A stretch of 63,885 bases of DNA, filler included, from Candidatus Fermentibacterota bacterium (GCA_016928395.1; 9 parts of 9 records of this genome joined end to end with filler, not necessarily neighbours in it); one strand, 5' to 3'; shown: positions 37,370 to 48,195, counted from the whole stretch's first letter. Notes: generated from the letters alone by a model not told the origin. A program made the numbers and translations.

Positions 37370-37402
37370 GCAGCCGATAGCTGACTGCTGATAGCTGACT
37401 GC
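37370..37402 (-). repeat. Heptamer repeats RTCRGCW
   Basis: Minus strand gtcagct atcagca gtcagct atcggct. Confidence 0.75.
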
Positions 37403-37406
37403 GTGG

Positions 37407-37778
37407 TCACGCCTTTCGATTGCCGCGCGTTACGAAGCGCGGATCAAAGGCATACGGTCTGATCTCTGCGATGCGCACGTGCGCCATCTCGTGGTGAGCC
37501 TGATTGATGCGCACATCGAATTCCCCGGCTACTACGGCTGACGGCACGCGGAGCAGAAGAGACGCAACGCTGCGGACCCAGGCTGACCCAAGGTCCGCCA
37601 GGATGCCGGCGGCGGGATACCGGTTCCAGCCTGAGGGCAGCTCGCTCATCTGAACCTCCCGCAGGCTGACCCCGTCCTCGATGGTGACGGTCGCAACGGA
37701 GAGGGTGGGTGGTTCGTAGAGCAATGGAACATGCACCAGGAACTCCAAGGTCGCGAGGGAAGAAGAGATCCCTTCTAG
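37407..37778 (-). pseudogene. RES-domain toxin, 5' part cut off by an IS end
   Basis: SSSLATLEFLVH, LPSGW, G.AW..SLLLRVPSAVV.GE, FDPR. Confidence 0.8.
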
Positions 37779-37860
37779 CCCGGATATTTCATGAGGGGTT
37801 GGGATCGGGGGTAAAAGAGGGGTGGAGCCTGGCCAGACGAGACCGAGCCGCGATCGCCTC
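37779..37860. mobile_element. End of a multicopy IS, IS1380-like (second copy)
   Basis: Identical to 32290-32371. Confidence 0.7.
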
Positions 37861-37962
37861 NNNNNNNNNNNNNNNNNNNNNNNNNNNNNNNNNNNNNNNN
37901 NNNNTTAATTAATTAANNNNNNNNNNNNNNNNNNNNNNNNNNNNNNNNNNNNNNNNNNNNAG

Positions 37963-38580
37963 CAGAAGACCGACAATCGCTGCCTGCAAACGGGATTTCT
38001 CCTCGCCGCACAGCCGGCATTCCTCGCAAAAGCTATAGCACTCCCCAAGATGGGTCGATGGGCGCACCGCTTTGGCCCCAAGTCACTTCTCTGGATTGGT
38101 GGAATCGGCATAGTTCCCCTGCCCGCGCTATGGCTCCTCTCCTCGGCGACTATGCTGCTCGTCCTACAGATCGTCGGCGGCGTGGTGTGGGCGTGCTACG
38201 AGTTCGCAACGTTCCTTCTGCTCTTCGAGACTATTCGGGATGCAGAGCGGACAAGCATCCTGACCTCCTTCAACCTACTCAATGCTGTGGCAATCGCCGC
38301 AGGTTCGGCCCTGGGCGGTCTGGTGCTGAGACTGGCGGGTGAGGGTCAGGGCGCATACATGTTACTGTTCCTGGCCTCTTCTGCGGGCCGCCTGTTTACG
38401 CTCCCGCTGTTGCGCACCGTGGCTGAAGTACCACCAAGCCCGTTCCACATGGGATTCCGGCCGCTTGCGGTCCGCCTGTCCGCCGGGTCCGTGGACCGCC
38501 CGATTCTTGCTACTTTGCAGAAGCCCGTGAATGGGAACGACGCAGAAACCGTCGAGGATCGTGAGGGCAATGGCACGTAG
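37963..38580 (+). CDS. MFS transporter, C-terminal part
   Basis: GRWAHRFGPK motif A-like sequence and several TMs; frame open to the contig start. Confidence 0.7.
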   Translation, partial: QKTDNRCLQTGFLLAAQPAFLAKAIALPKMGRWAHRFGPKSLLWIGGIGIVPLPALWLLSSATMLLVLQIVGGVVWACYEFATFLLLFETIRDAERTSILTSFNLLNAVAIAAGSALGGLVLRLAGEGQGAYMLLFLASSAGRLFTLPLLRTVAEVPPSPFHMGFRPLAVRLSAGSVDRPILATLQKPVNGNDAETVEDREGNGT

Positions 38581-38719
38581 TTAGGAAGCCGGGTCTGTGA
38601 CCACCTGGCACCGACGAAGACCCCTTGAGCATGGGTCCGTTTACGAACCATTCAACATGGATCGTTGTCCACGCTGTCGGAGAAGCTGATCCAACAGAAA
38701 ACTTAGGCTGGCGAGAGCA

Positions 38720-39982
38720 TCACCTCACGGAGGGCCCGTCGGGCTTAACGGCGCGAGCCAGCGCTGTCGCCACGACCCAGGCGCTCGCCCAAGCCCACTG
38801 GAAATTGAATCCCCCGATCCGCCCGTCGACATCGAGGATTTCGCCGGCGAAGTAAAGACCGGGGCATTTCCGTGAGCCAAGGCTGCGGGCATCAACCTCG
38901 GTCAAGGGAACACCACCCGCCGTGACTTCGGCGTGAGAGTAACCCCGGCTGTCCCGCACGGGCAGGGGCCAGCGGACCAGTGCCCTTGCCACGTGGCGCC
39001 GGAACTCCTTTGGAAGGTGGGCCATCAGGATCGTTCCGGGTATCCCCAGCGCACCCAAGAGAGCGTCCGCGACACGCGCGGGGAGCAGACGCGCAAGGGC
39101 GTTGTGCAATTGGAGTCGGGGCTGCGCCGAAGCAAGGGCCAGCAGTCGGCCTTCTAATCCGTCAGGGTCGTCGCCGGGTACGAGGTTTGCGAACATGGCA
39201 ACGTCGCGTTGCTCAAGGCGCGCTCGATGCCAGTGTCGGGATACGTCCAGAACAGCCGGCCCGCTCACACCGAAATGCGTCCACAGCAACACTCCGCAGA
39301 CACGAACGGGTTTCCGGCCAGCGGCCTGCACCGTCAGCTCGACGTTGTGTGAGATCCCCGACAGCGGGACATGAAAATCACCGTCCATAACCAACGGCAC
39401 GAGGGCGGGCGTAGGTGGAACCAGGGTATGACCAAGCTCTTCGGCCAGTCGGTAGCCCGAGCCGTCGCTGCCTGTCTTCGGGAACGACTGGCCTCCTGTC
39501 GCCAGCACAACTTTGCCCGCGAACAGACTGTTGGCGCCCGCGGCGATATGGAACCCACTTGCACCACGCCGCATGTTGGACACACGATGTCTGGGGAGAA
39601 TGCGCACCCCGAGGCGGACAGCTTCCCCCACCATCGCCTCGAGCACGGTGGGGGCCCGATTCGTCTTGGGAAAGAGCTTGCCGTCGTCCTCCTCGTACAG
39701 CTCGACGCCGATCTCCTGGAAGAACGCCACCGTGTGCGCGACCGGAAAGGTGGCCAGAACTTGCTTTATCAAGTGTGGGCTTCCGCCACAGAAATCGGCA
39801 GCCGTGACAACGCGGTTTGTGACGTTACAACGACCACCACCCGAGACAAGGATCTTGGCCCCGAGCTTGCCAGCCCCGTCGAGCACGACCACGGAACGCA
39901 GCGGCATCAGCCTTGCGGCAAAGATCCCCGTTGCCAACCCGGCTGCCCCGCCCCCCACAATCGCAATGTCCGCAGCGTTCGT
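38720..39982 (-). CDS. HI0933/BaiN-family flavoprotein
   Basis: DIAIVGGGAAG, KILVSGGGRCNVTN, LATGG.S.P.TGSDG.GY, THFGVSGP, VTAGGV, GEILDVDG.IGGFNFQ.A; start codon problematic (see findings). Confidence 0.92.
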   Translation of the reverse strand, partial: TNAADIAIVGGGAAGLATGIFAARLMPLRSVVVLDGAGKLGAKILVSGGGRCNVTNRVVTAADFCGGSPHLIKQVLATFPVAHTVAFFQEIGVELYEEDDGKLFPKTNRAPTVLEAMVGEAVRLGVRILPRHRVSNMRRGASGFHIAAGANSLFAGKVVLATGGQSFPKTGSDGSGYRLAEELGHTLVPPTPALVPLVMDGDFHVPLSGISHNVELTVQAAGRKPVRVCGVLLWTHFGVSGPAVLDVSRHWHRARLEQRDVAMFANLVPGDDPDGLEGRLLALASAQPRLQLHNALARLLPARVADALLGALGIPGTILMAHLPKEFRRHVARALVRWPLPVRDSRGYSHAEVTAGGVPLTEVDARSLGSRKCPGLYFAGEILDVDGRIGGFNFQWAWASAWVVATALARAVKPDGPSVR

Positions 39983-40491
39983 AATCGAACCCTCACTTGA
40001 AACGTGATCGTGCCGGCTTTCACCGTTGCATCAGCCCGGTGGATCTGTATGCGGCCTGCCGTATGCGACTTCCCGCTGCCTGGCTCCTACGCCGACCGTA
40101 CCGTGCACGGCCTGGTGTAGGCTACAATACCCTGTACATGCCGAAAACGTCATCCGTCCCCTGTGGAGCGGCCAACGCTGGGGCGGGTGATTCTGCGCGG
40201 AACAAGCGCGCCACGCCATTACACGTCGCCAAGGACTCCGAGGCGCCAGTTCTTGCGGGATCAGTGCGGAATCTCCACGTGCCACTGATTCGCGAATGGA
40301 AAGTGCCACTGTTTCAGGCTGTCCGCGTGTGGCGGTGGCATGAAGAGCACCCCCGCTGCACTCAGTGGGCCGAATCAGCTATGAGTCGGCACCATTCACT
40401 ACATGTCGGCCAGGCACGTCCATTACGTGTGTAGAGTCAAAGTAACGAGCAACGGTTCGGACCGAGGATCTCTCATCCTCTGCGGCCCCAA

Positions 40492-40923
40492 CTACCCCAC
40501 CCTATACAAACTCCCCCGCCTCTTGCCCTTGATCGCCTGCCGCTTGAGCTTCTTCTCCTTCACGAGAGTGCCGATTGTGTTGTAGCATCCTGCGCCACGG
40601 CCCTCGGCCTTCCAGTGCTTCGTGATATCGCTGCTGGTTACGCCCTTCTTGCCGGCGTTCTTGACAAACGCCAGCACCGAGGCAGCCGCGCTCATCTTGA
40701 ACTTCTTCCGCCGCCGCGCCTTCTTGGCGACCCTCTTCTCGCCGACTTTCCTCCCTGCGGTTGCCTTCTTCCCCCCGCGAGGTCGTCCCCGCCGCTTGGG
40801 CGGCTTGATCCCCAGCGAGCTGAATGCGTTATCAATGTCCGCGATCGCGTCCAGGTGGGCTTGCCGCTGATCCTGGAGCTTCCTGATAAGTGCCTGAAGA
40901 TCGTTGATGGCTGTTTTTGACAT
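40492..40923 (-). CDS. Small basic putative DNA-binding protein (coiled coil + AT-hook + winged-helix-like)
   Basis: N-terminal heptad helix, PKRRGRPR, K/R-rich linker, compact C-terminal domain; GAGGG SD. Confidence 0.7.
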   Translation of the reverse strand: MSKTAINDLQALIRKLQDQRQAHLDAIADIDNAFSSLGIKPPKRRGRPRGGKKATAGRKVGEKRVAKKARRRKKFKMSAAASVLAFVKNAGKKGVTSSDITKHWKAEGRGAGCYNTIGTLVKEKKLKRQAIKGKRRGSLYRVG

Positions 40924-41247
40924 GGCTGTTCCCTCTCGAAAAACCGTGATCGCAAGGATGGGACTGTACATGGAGGCAATGAGATTGTCACCCCGTGGGA
41001 TCGTGGCTGGCTATCTCGGCTCCCCTCCAGCCTGTGCCCACATCCTCCACCAGCAGGCCAACAACCGCATCCTCCAACTCGTAATACTCTGAGCCGTACA
41101 AACACGCCTCTTCGTCCCTGCCTTCTCGATCGTCGGAGGGCACCATGNNNNNNNNNNNNNNNNNNNNNNNNNNNNNNNNNNNNNNNNNNNNTTAATTAAT
41201 TAANNNNNNNNNNNNNNNNNNNNNNNNNNNNNNNNNNNNNNNNNNNN

Positions 41248-42035
41248 CAGCCCGTCGTCGTGATTGTCCACCCTTGAACCCCCGTATATCCTTCGCCGTG
41301 AACGCCATAACCGTCGGGTGACCCACACCACGCCTGAACACCTGCGGTCTGGCCTGCCGTGGCGGTCGTCCTCGCATAGACTCCCGCGCCCCAAGTCGAA
41401 GTGGACACCGCATAGACACCCCGCGCACCCTCCCCATAGACCCCCACCCCATCATCGGAATCACTGGTCCCCTTCACGCCACATACATCTCCCGTAGTCG
41501 AGACGGCGTGTCCCCATACGCCGCTCCCCTCCGTGGATTCGATCTGGCCGGACACTCCGTATGCCGTATCGCTCGCCTCGGTATTGAACGCGGTGAATGC
41601 CCCGCCGTCGTGTACCGCGCCCACAACCTCGGTCCCCGGAACCAGCCCGCTGGCCATGTAGGCATACCCCACCGACGCCAGCGGCCGGCGGGGTGACTGA
41701 ACATCACCCTCGATGACCACTTCAAGCCAGAGGTCGACCTGGAACTGAAGCCCAAGGGCCGGCTGAGGCGATTCACCCAACAGCACGCTGAAGATGCCGC
41801 CCACTACCGTCACCGTACGGGCGCCGCTGTCCCAAAGAGGGCTGCCGCCCTCGTCCACTTCGTAGATCCTGAATTGCATCGAGTACGGTCCATCCGCGAC
41901 CGGAGCGCCCCCCGTGTCCGTCACCTTCCCCTGGTAGCTGATCATCAGAGGGATCTCGGCCTGGACCGGTCGCGGTAGTGCCAGCGAGGCCAGAATCACA
42001 AGCAAGGTCAAGGGCCACGTACGACTCGGAACCAT
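41248..42035 (-). CDS. Secreted fibre-like protein paralogous to 32473-34131, 3' end missing
   Basis: Signal peptide, IPLMISYQGKVTD..G.P domain, ASVGYAYMASGLVPGTEV, then GV.G repeats; GAGGAGG SD. Confidence 0.8.
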
Positions 42036-42553
42036 GGAAACCTCCTCAGTTGCTCCGCCATCGGCGGATCCCGACGTACGACACCTGCTGTAACGAAACG
42101 ATTCAGTAGGTGCGAGGGACCGAAGCGCCGCCCTTGACGCAGCGGAGTCAACAGCCCCGGGCGAGTGGGCGCAAGCCTCACGAAGTGATCCGGAACCGGT
42201 GGGGTGTACGAAAGCCGACGGCGGAGAGGCACGAGCGTGGTCGATGTGGGCCATTTCGTTGCATGTTGCGGGATACGTACCCTGAGGCATGCGCATCCGG
42301 AGGATCTCTCCAGACAGTCATCCTGACCACGTCGAGACTCCCGCGTCAGTGCCGCTGTGCGGAGTGGGATTCAGCCGCACTGGTGGAAATCCGGTATCAT
42401 GGGGCTCGAGTTCTTGTCTTGCATTGGTGGGTACGCGCCGGTATCCTGTAGTTGCTCGACAGGGTCGGAGCCTGTGGAGCTGGCATATCGATCTCCGCAG
42501 GATCCAGGGTGGATCCCGCGGTGGCACAGACAGTCGACCGAGAGGAGACGACC

Positions 42554-43657
42554 ATGCGTGACTTGGTTCACTGGCGTCCGACAGCAGCGCCCACGGTTGC
42601 CGTTCTTGCGTGCCTGGTGCTCTCCATAGCATCCTGCAGTTCGCCGCAGAAGCCGTCGATGACCGTGCAGGACGCGTACGCGCTTCGCATGGCTGGGCAC
42701 GCCGACTCGGCCAGAGTAGGCTTGGAATCGATTCTGGCGACGGATTCGACCGATGCCGCAGCGTGGTATGAGCTGGCGCGGACCCAGCACCACATCGCCC
42801 TTGGGAATCCGCGAGAGCTGCTCGATCGCCTGGAGCAGATAGACCAGGCCGCCGGCAAGGCCGTGGCATACGCGCCCCAGAACGCCACCTACGCGTTCTA
42901 CAGAGGGTATGTCGCGTGTGTCCGCGCGTATGCCTCGCTCATGCGTCAGCAGCCTGACGCGGGGGAGCGGGCCAAGGGCGCGGTCGCGGCGCTGGAGACG
43001 GTGGTGAGCCTGAAGCCCGACTATGCCGAACCGATGCTCTTCCTCGTCGAACTACTGTCGATTCCGGCGGAGATGGGCGGCGACTCAGCGAGGGCTGAGG
43101 AGTATGCTGCGAAGCTTGAGGCGCGCGATGAGGTACTCGGCGCCAAGGCCCGGGAGATGCTCCTGCCGGAGGAGACCGACCGCGTCGAGTTCTGGCAGGC
43201 AGTTCTGGCGAAGCACGTGGACAACCCCGAGGCACTCGAACAGCTCGGACGCGCCTACCTCCACCGCGAGGATGCGGAGCAGGGCACGGAGAACCTCCGG
43301 AAGGCGGTCGCTGCGGACCCGAAGCGACAGACAGCGCTCCTGGATCTTGCCAGGTTCCATATGATGCGTGCGAGGAGCAACGAGCATGTGCGTGACAGCG
43401 CGATGGTGGCGGCAGACGGGCTCATCAAAGAGTTTGTCGATTCCAAGCCGATCCCATCACTGCAGGCGTATGCGCTGGGCCTCTCGTTCATGGTCGAGTC
43501 GGCGAAGGGCGATACCGCCAAGGCACGCGAGCTGCGCACACAGGCCGAGGCCCTTGACCCCAACTTCTCCAAGGCGTTCGGGGTGCCTCCTGCCCTGCTC
43601 TTCACGGGGTTGGATGAAGTCCCCCACTACCACAGCCACTTCTTCAGACCGTTCTGA
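42554..43657 (+). CDS. TPR-repeat lipoprotein
   Basis: Lipobox IASC, helical repeats (AWYELAR, ALEQLGRAY); GAGGAG SD. Confidence 0.75.
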   Translation: MRDLVHWRPTAAPTVAVLACLVLSIASCSSPQKPSMTVQDAYALRMAGHADSARVGLESILATDSTDAAAWYELARTQHHIALGNPRELLDRLEQIDQAAGKAVAYAPQNATYAFYRGYVACVRAYASLMRQQPDAGERAKGAVAALETVVSLKPDYAEPMLFLVELLSIPAEMGGDSARAEEYAAKLEARDEVLGAKAREMLLPEETDRVEFWQAVLAKHVDNPEALEQLGRAYLHREDAEQGTENLRKAVAADPKRQTALLDLARFHMMRARSNEHVRDSAMVAADGLIKEFVDSKPIPSLQAYALGLSFMVESAKGDTAKARELRTQAEALDPNFSKAFGVPPALLFTGLDEVPHYHSHFFRPF

Positions 43658-43694
43658 GAGGACCGCCCCGAGAGGATGACAGAGCCGCCGAATT

Positions 43695-44114
43695 TCACCC
43701 AGGCGGGGCTGCTGTGGCAGGCTCCGCGACGTCGGCATGTGTGTCCCGTGCTCTCGTAGCGACCCCGTAGATGAGAGAGAGGATCGCCCAAGCGGCGAAG
43801 ACCAGAATCGGCGGCGGCACGTCGCTGTCGCCCAGGACCACGATGAGTCCGGCGCTGAACCCCGCCAGGCATCCCAGGCTCACGGCGTCACCCAAGATCT
43901 GCCGACGCCATCCCACGAGCAGCCCGGCGCACACGCCGAACGGGAACAGTGCGAGCCCGACCCACTCTGAGGCCGAGGGTGACGATCCTCTCGAATTGAC
44001 AGACTCACCGATGACGAAGAGCAGAATGAATGCGACGAGAATCGCGCTGATGATCCGGGCAGCCCAGAGGATCACGCGACACGCCCTTCGGGCGCGAGGT
44101 TGCAGACCTTCCAT
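43695..44114 (-). CDS. Small four-TM membrane protein
   Basis: W.ARI.S, hydrophobic segments, GLLVGWRR. Confidence 0.6.
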   Translation of the reverse strand: MEGLQPRARRACRVILWAARIISAILVAFILLFVIGESVNSRGSSPSASEWVGLALFPFGVCAGLLVGWRRQILGDAVSLGCLAGFSAGLIVVLGDSDVPPPILVFAAWAILSLIYGVATRARDTHADVAEPATAAPPG

Positions 44115-44274
44115 GTCNNNNNNNNNNNNNNNNNNNNNNNNNNNNNNNNNNNNNNNNNNNNTTAATTAATTAANNNNNNNNNNNNNNNNNNNNNNNNNNN
44201 NNNNNNNNNNNNNNNNNGTCGCACTCGGTCGCTCATGACAACCTCCTTCCCGTGTCTCTAACACGGATCCCAGG

Positions 44275-44784
44275 TTGTCTCGTTCCGCCGGAGGCAAAAC
44301 AGCAGTGGAGCAGCGCGAGGGGTACCTGAGAGTCATCGTTTCGTCCGATGACTCGAGTCCGTTCGAGACCCTGGCGCATGGCGCCATACTGGGGGGCGAG
44401 GAGTTCGTGCAGGAGATGAGGGGGAAGCTCCGTGGCAAGGCTGTCGACACTGAAGTATCTCGCATGGTCGCCGCCGTCGCCGTAGACGAGGATGACGTGG
44501 CGCGGGCAGTGGGGGCGGCGTATGACTGTGCCGCGGAGCACCTGCGGCGACGAGGCAGAAAGCGACATGAGGCGCGGGATGTGGCGATCTATCTGAGTTG
44601 GCGGCTCTCGCGTCACACGAACGCCCAGATAGGAGATCGTTTCGGCGGCATCAAGGCGGCGGCGGTCAGCCACGCATGCCGGCGAGTCTCAGAAGCGATC
44701 CGAGCAGATACCGGCCTGGCCGACCGAGTTCGCGACCTGGAGGCACAACTTCGACCAAACATTAAAGATTAAAGATTTGACCCC
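44275..44784 (+). pseudogene. 5'-truncated second RAYT copy with its 3' inverted repeat
   Basis: Close similarity to the C-terminal half of 22829-23797 (DTEVSRMV, CAAEHLRRRGRK, FGGIKAAAVSHACRRVS); IR at 44758-44784; HUH domain absent; an unrelated divergent gene starts at 44236. Confidence 0.85.
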
Positions 44785-44830
44785 ACTGTGGCTCATGGTG
44801 TTCCCTGTCTGAGTCTCGCCTCGCCAGAAC

Positions 44831-45505
44831 TCAACCGACAACCCGATACGCCCCACAGCAGCCCCCAGCGCCCTGCCCCGTCGTACTCGTTCGAGGGTCG
44901 CGCGCATTGACCCACACATCCACAGGTCCATGGAGATGCACGAGGCTATCACCCTGGAGCTGGGTGGTGGTCCCCTGGCGATAGACCCTCGCCTCGTGGA
45001 TGATCGGTTGAGCAAAGTCATTGAAGGGCGTCAGGCCTCCCTCCCTCAGAGGATTCAGCCAGTGCCCTCCGGGTGGTAGGCCGGGCCCGCCGGCTATGAA
45101 CACTACATCACACTCCCCGAGATGCAGATGGGTTTGGGAAGTACCGATACTCGTCACGGTCTCAACATGTGTGCCGTCAATTCCTGGGGGGATTCCGTCT
45201 AGATGGTAGTACCTGAAGTGGCCGATATTCACTCCGTGCTGTGCGCCATCGACGTGCGCCACACCCGGCTCGATAGGATAGACACTCACGCCGGCTCTGC
45301 CGATATCAACACCGTTGTGGAAATGCGCTGGGGTACTGCCCGCTTCGCTTCTGTACTCGCCCAGCGTGGCAGTGATGATGTGCTGCCCAATCCGAGGTCT
45401 GACCGGCCACTCATAGGCTGAGGACGACACGACCCCAGTCACGGCAACCAGAATCCAAACACAGCGCAGCTTGCGCGACGGACAGGGGAACCTTTCGGTA
45501 ATCAC
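44831..45505 (-). CDS. Secreted M23 metallopeptidase-like protein, possibly 3'-truncated
   Basis: HFHNGVDI (HxxxD), YYHL, HLH, NPL; GTGA overlap with the upstream gene. Confidence 0.7.
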   Translation of the reverse strand: MITERFPCPSRKLRCVWILVAVTGVVSSSAYEWPVRPRIGQHIITATLGEYRSEAGSTPAHFHNGVDIGRAGVSVYPIEPGVAHVDGAQHGVNIGHFRYYHLDGIPPGIDGTHVETVTSIGTSQTHLHLGECDVVFIAGGPGLPPGGHWLNPLREGGLTPFNDFAQPIIHEARVYRQGTTTQLQGDSLVHLHGPVDVWVNARDPRTSTTGQGAGGCCGAYRVVG

Positions 45506-46662
45506 AGGCCACCTTCCATGATCTCGACCCATCGTACGCCCTTTGGCGATGTGATCTCCAGATAGTTCCCCGTCCCGATGCTCTGGACGCGCGGCGTCCC
45601 GTCGAAGGGTGCCTTGAGTTTGCGGTAGAGCCCTTCGGGGTCGAGCACTGCAAGATAGGTTGCGACCGTCGGATGATTGACGCTCGGTAGTCCGACTGTC
45701 ATGCCGACGAGGGCAGTTCGATTGGCGAGTATTGCGCAGTCCCAGAATGCCACCCCCAAATCGCTATCGATGTGGGAGAGAATGGTCCGCCCATCTACGG
45801 TGTCTAGAACAAGGATCTCGTTGCCGTGACAGATTGCGGCGAACCGCTCGGATGCGTCATGAGTGAAGGCAACTTTGGGGACGCCGACTCCGCCGATAGC
45901 GATCTTCGCGATACGTCGGCCATCGACGTCCAGCAAGTTCGCGAAGCGTTGGTGAGTTATGCTGTCTTTGGAGGGTGCGACAATGAAGTTCAGACGAGGC
46001 GAAATGGCCAGGCCTGGACCCGTGAGTCCTTCATCGAGCGCTGTGCTCCAAGCCACGGTGCCATCGGGGCGAAGCAGTATCGCTTGTGCCGTCTTCTCGC
46101 CTTCTTGGGGCCCCGCCATCATTGTGAAACACGAGCCGTCCATCGCCACATCGAGCGCAGGACCCGAGCCTGCATACCCCAGATGGCGGATCTCCCTCAG
46201 CTCCCCGCCCTGACCCTGAAGAACCGCGATCCCGAAGAATGGCTGGTCGACTGCCTCAGTTACCACCAGCACAGTCTTCCCATCGCCAAGCGGATTGGCA
46301 TAGCGATCGTACAGGCTCAACGGCTCGGACGCTGCGATCAGCTGACCCAGTTGGTCGTACAGAGAGAGGCGGTACTTCACATAGATATCACAGTCGCCTA
46401 CCGGCTCCCTGATGACGACGTTCTGCTTGTTCCTCGACACAACGGGATAGTTGCACGGAAGCTCCAGCGTGATCTCCTTCACAATCGTCCCGTGCTCGTC
46501 GTAGAACGCGACGACCTTGGCCTCTCTCCTCCGCTCCACCTCAATGCATGACCGGGGGGTGGGCCGCTCAGTCGGTACGAGCCGGAACCGTTCTGCTCCA
46601 ACGGCACTGCCCGCGACCAGTGTCGCCAGCAAAGGCAGCATCGTCACAATCGTGACTCTCAT
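45502..46662 (-). CDS. Secreted hypothetical beta-propeller-like protein
   Basis: Signal peptide after GGAGG SD; beta-rich D..G repeats. Confidence 0.6.
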   Translation of the reverse strand: MRVTIVTMLPLLATLVAGSAVGAERFRLVPTERPTPRSCIEVERRREAKVVAFYDEHGTIVKEITLELPCNYPVVSRNKQNVVIREPVGDCDIYVKYRLSLYDQLGQLIAASEPLSLYDRYANPLGDGKTVLVVTEAVDQPFFGIAVLQGQGGELREIRHLGYAGSGPALDVAMDGSCFTMMAGPQEGEKTAQAILLRPDGTVAWSTALDEGLTGPGLAISPRLNFIVAPSKDSITHQRFANLLDVDGRRIAKIAIGGVGVPKVAFTHDASERFAAICHGNEILVLDTVDGRTILSHIDSDLGVAFWDCAILANRTALVGMTVGLPSVNHPTVATYLAVLDPEGLYRKLKAPFDGTPRVQSIGTGNYLEITSPKGVRWVEIMEGGL

Positions 46663-47393
46663 GATTCCTCCTGGGTGAAACCCTTGGTGCGTTCGTTTAG
46701 AATGAGGGCCGACATCGTCCAACCCGGTGAAACGGGGTGAGAGACCGTCGGGTCCCTGGCATGCCGCCATTGTGCCTCCTTGCTTGGGAAACCCTGGGCC
46801 ATGGTGGAAAGCTGCGCTGCTCCTGCACGGCGCATGGCCCACACTCGCATTGAGATAAGATACTGCTAGAACCCACGAACAGCGGGGCTCGGCACGGCGG
46901 GCTGCGGGGGGGGTTGGAGGTCGCTATTCGGGGGATGGAGAGGGAGAAGCGTGAAGCGTGAAGCGTCACAATGCGTGGCGGCGCCGCTGTGCGGCGGGGG
47001 CCGCCAGAGGCTTCGTGCAGTGTCTGAGTCTCGTCGAAAGCAACCCATGCCTACCACCCGCGAAGCTGACTACCATATCGCGGAACACCATCACCATGCA
47101 CATACACCGAAGGAAGCACCTTCCCTTCGCGCGTCAAGCACTCTCTCACTCGTACGCTGAACGCGGTGCCGGGAATCATGAAGGCTATGATCCTGACCGA
47201 CGCGGGGGAACTTGCGCGGGCCCGGCGGCGTGATGACATTCGAACGTCGAACGAGACGGATGATTCGCACGGGTGTGGTTCCCATCCGATGGCGCGAGAG
47301 TACGCGCGGTTTCCCGAAGAACGGTTGAATGGGCATCGCTGCCGGAGCTTTAGTGGCCCACCTCAAGGACCGTGACGAGGAGGAGAACGTCAG

Positions 47394-48191
47394 ATGAGCC
47401 TTCGCAGCACGTTCCTGAAGGAGGTTGCCCGGCTCGATCTGCCGGTGGCGCAGGCACCCTGTCCGGCAATCACGGAAGGCGACATCGCCTCGCTGCCTGA
47501 TCCGGCCCGTCGCTACCTGCGTTTCATGGGGGTGGTGGGCCGGCCCCGTGACTGGTCCGTCCGCATGCACTTTCGGGGCCGATTTAAGATGCATCGCGAG
47601 GCGTCGTGGAGGCCCTGCGAGGTACTGCAATACAATAGCGGTCTTGTCGTCGCTCGGGTGTTCGTCATGCAGCTCGCCTTCGGCAACATCATTCCGGTAA
47701 TCGCGTGCGATACCTATTGTGCCGGGCGTGGCCGCATGGTCGGGCGGCTTCTCGGCCTCTTCACGGTCATCGACGGCAGCGGGGAAGAATATGACATCGG
47801 CGAGTTGGTGACCTACCTCAACGACCTAGTCTTGCTCGCACCCTCCATGCTCCTGACGCCGGCCGTTGTGTGGGAACCCGTTGACACGGAGTCGTTCGAC
47901 CTGATCCTCTCCGATCATGGGCTCACCGTGCGCGCACGGGTCTTCATCGACTCCTTCGGCGCGCCGAGGGACTTCGAGACCCGCGACCGGTTCTGTGAAG
48001 ACCCCGGGGATCGAAAACGGCTCATGAGAACACGCTGGACAACGCCGATCGACGAGCTTCGGTGTAGTGACGGAAGGCATCTGGTGACCCGTGGCCACGC
48101 GGTGTGGCACCCTCCGGAGGGCGCGTTCCCCTACGTCGATTTCACTTTGGATCCCGCCGAGATTGCGTACAATGTCGCCCCCGGAGAGTGA
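47394..48191 (+). CDS. DUF6544-like conserved protein
   Basis: ITEGDIASLPDPARRYLRFMGVVGRP, ELVTYLND..LAP; GAGGAG SD. Confidence 0.7.
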   Translation: MSLRSTFLKEVARLDLPVAQAPCPAITEGDIASLPDPARRYLRFMGVVGRPRDWSVRMHFRGRFKMHREASWRPCEVLQYNSGLVVARVFVMQLAFGNIIPVIACDTYCAGRGRMVGRLLGLFTVIDGSGEEYDIGELVTYLNDLVLLAPSMLLTPAVVWEPVDTESFDLILSDHGLTVRARVFIDSFGAPRDFETRDRFCEDPGDRKRLMRTRWTTPIDELRCSDGRHLVTRGHAVWHPPEGAFPYVDFTLDPAEIAYNVAPGE

Positions 48192-48195
48192 TGCC

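Noticed and set aside
47166-47375. MKAMIL... as the start of a zinc alcohol dehydrogenase
   Set aside because: The similarity covers only about 6 residues, too little to call.
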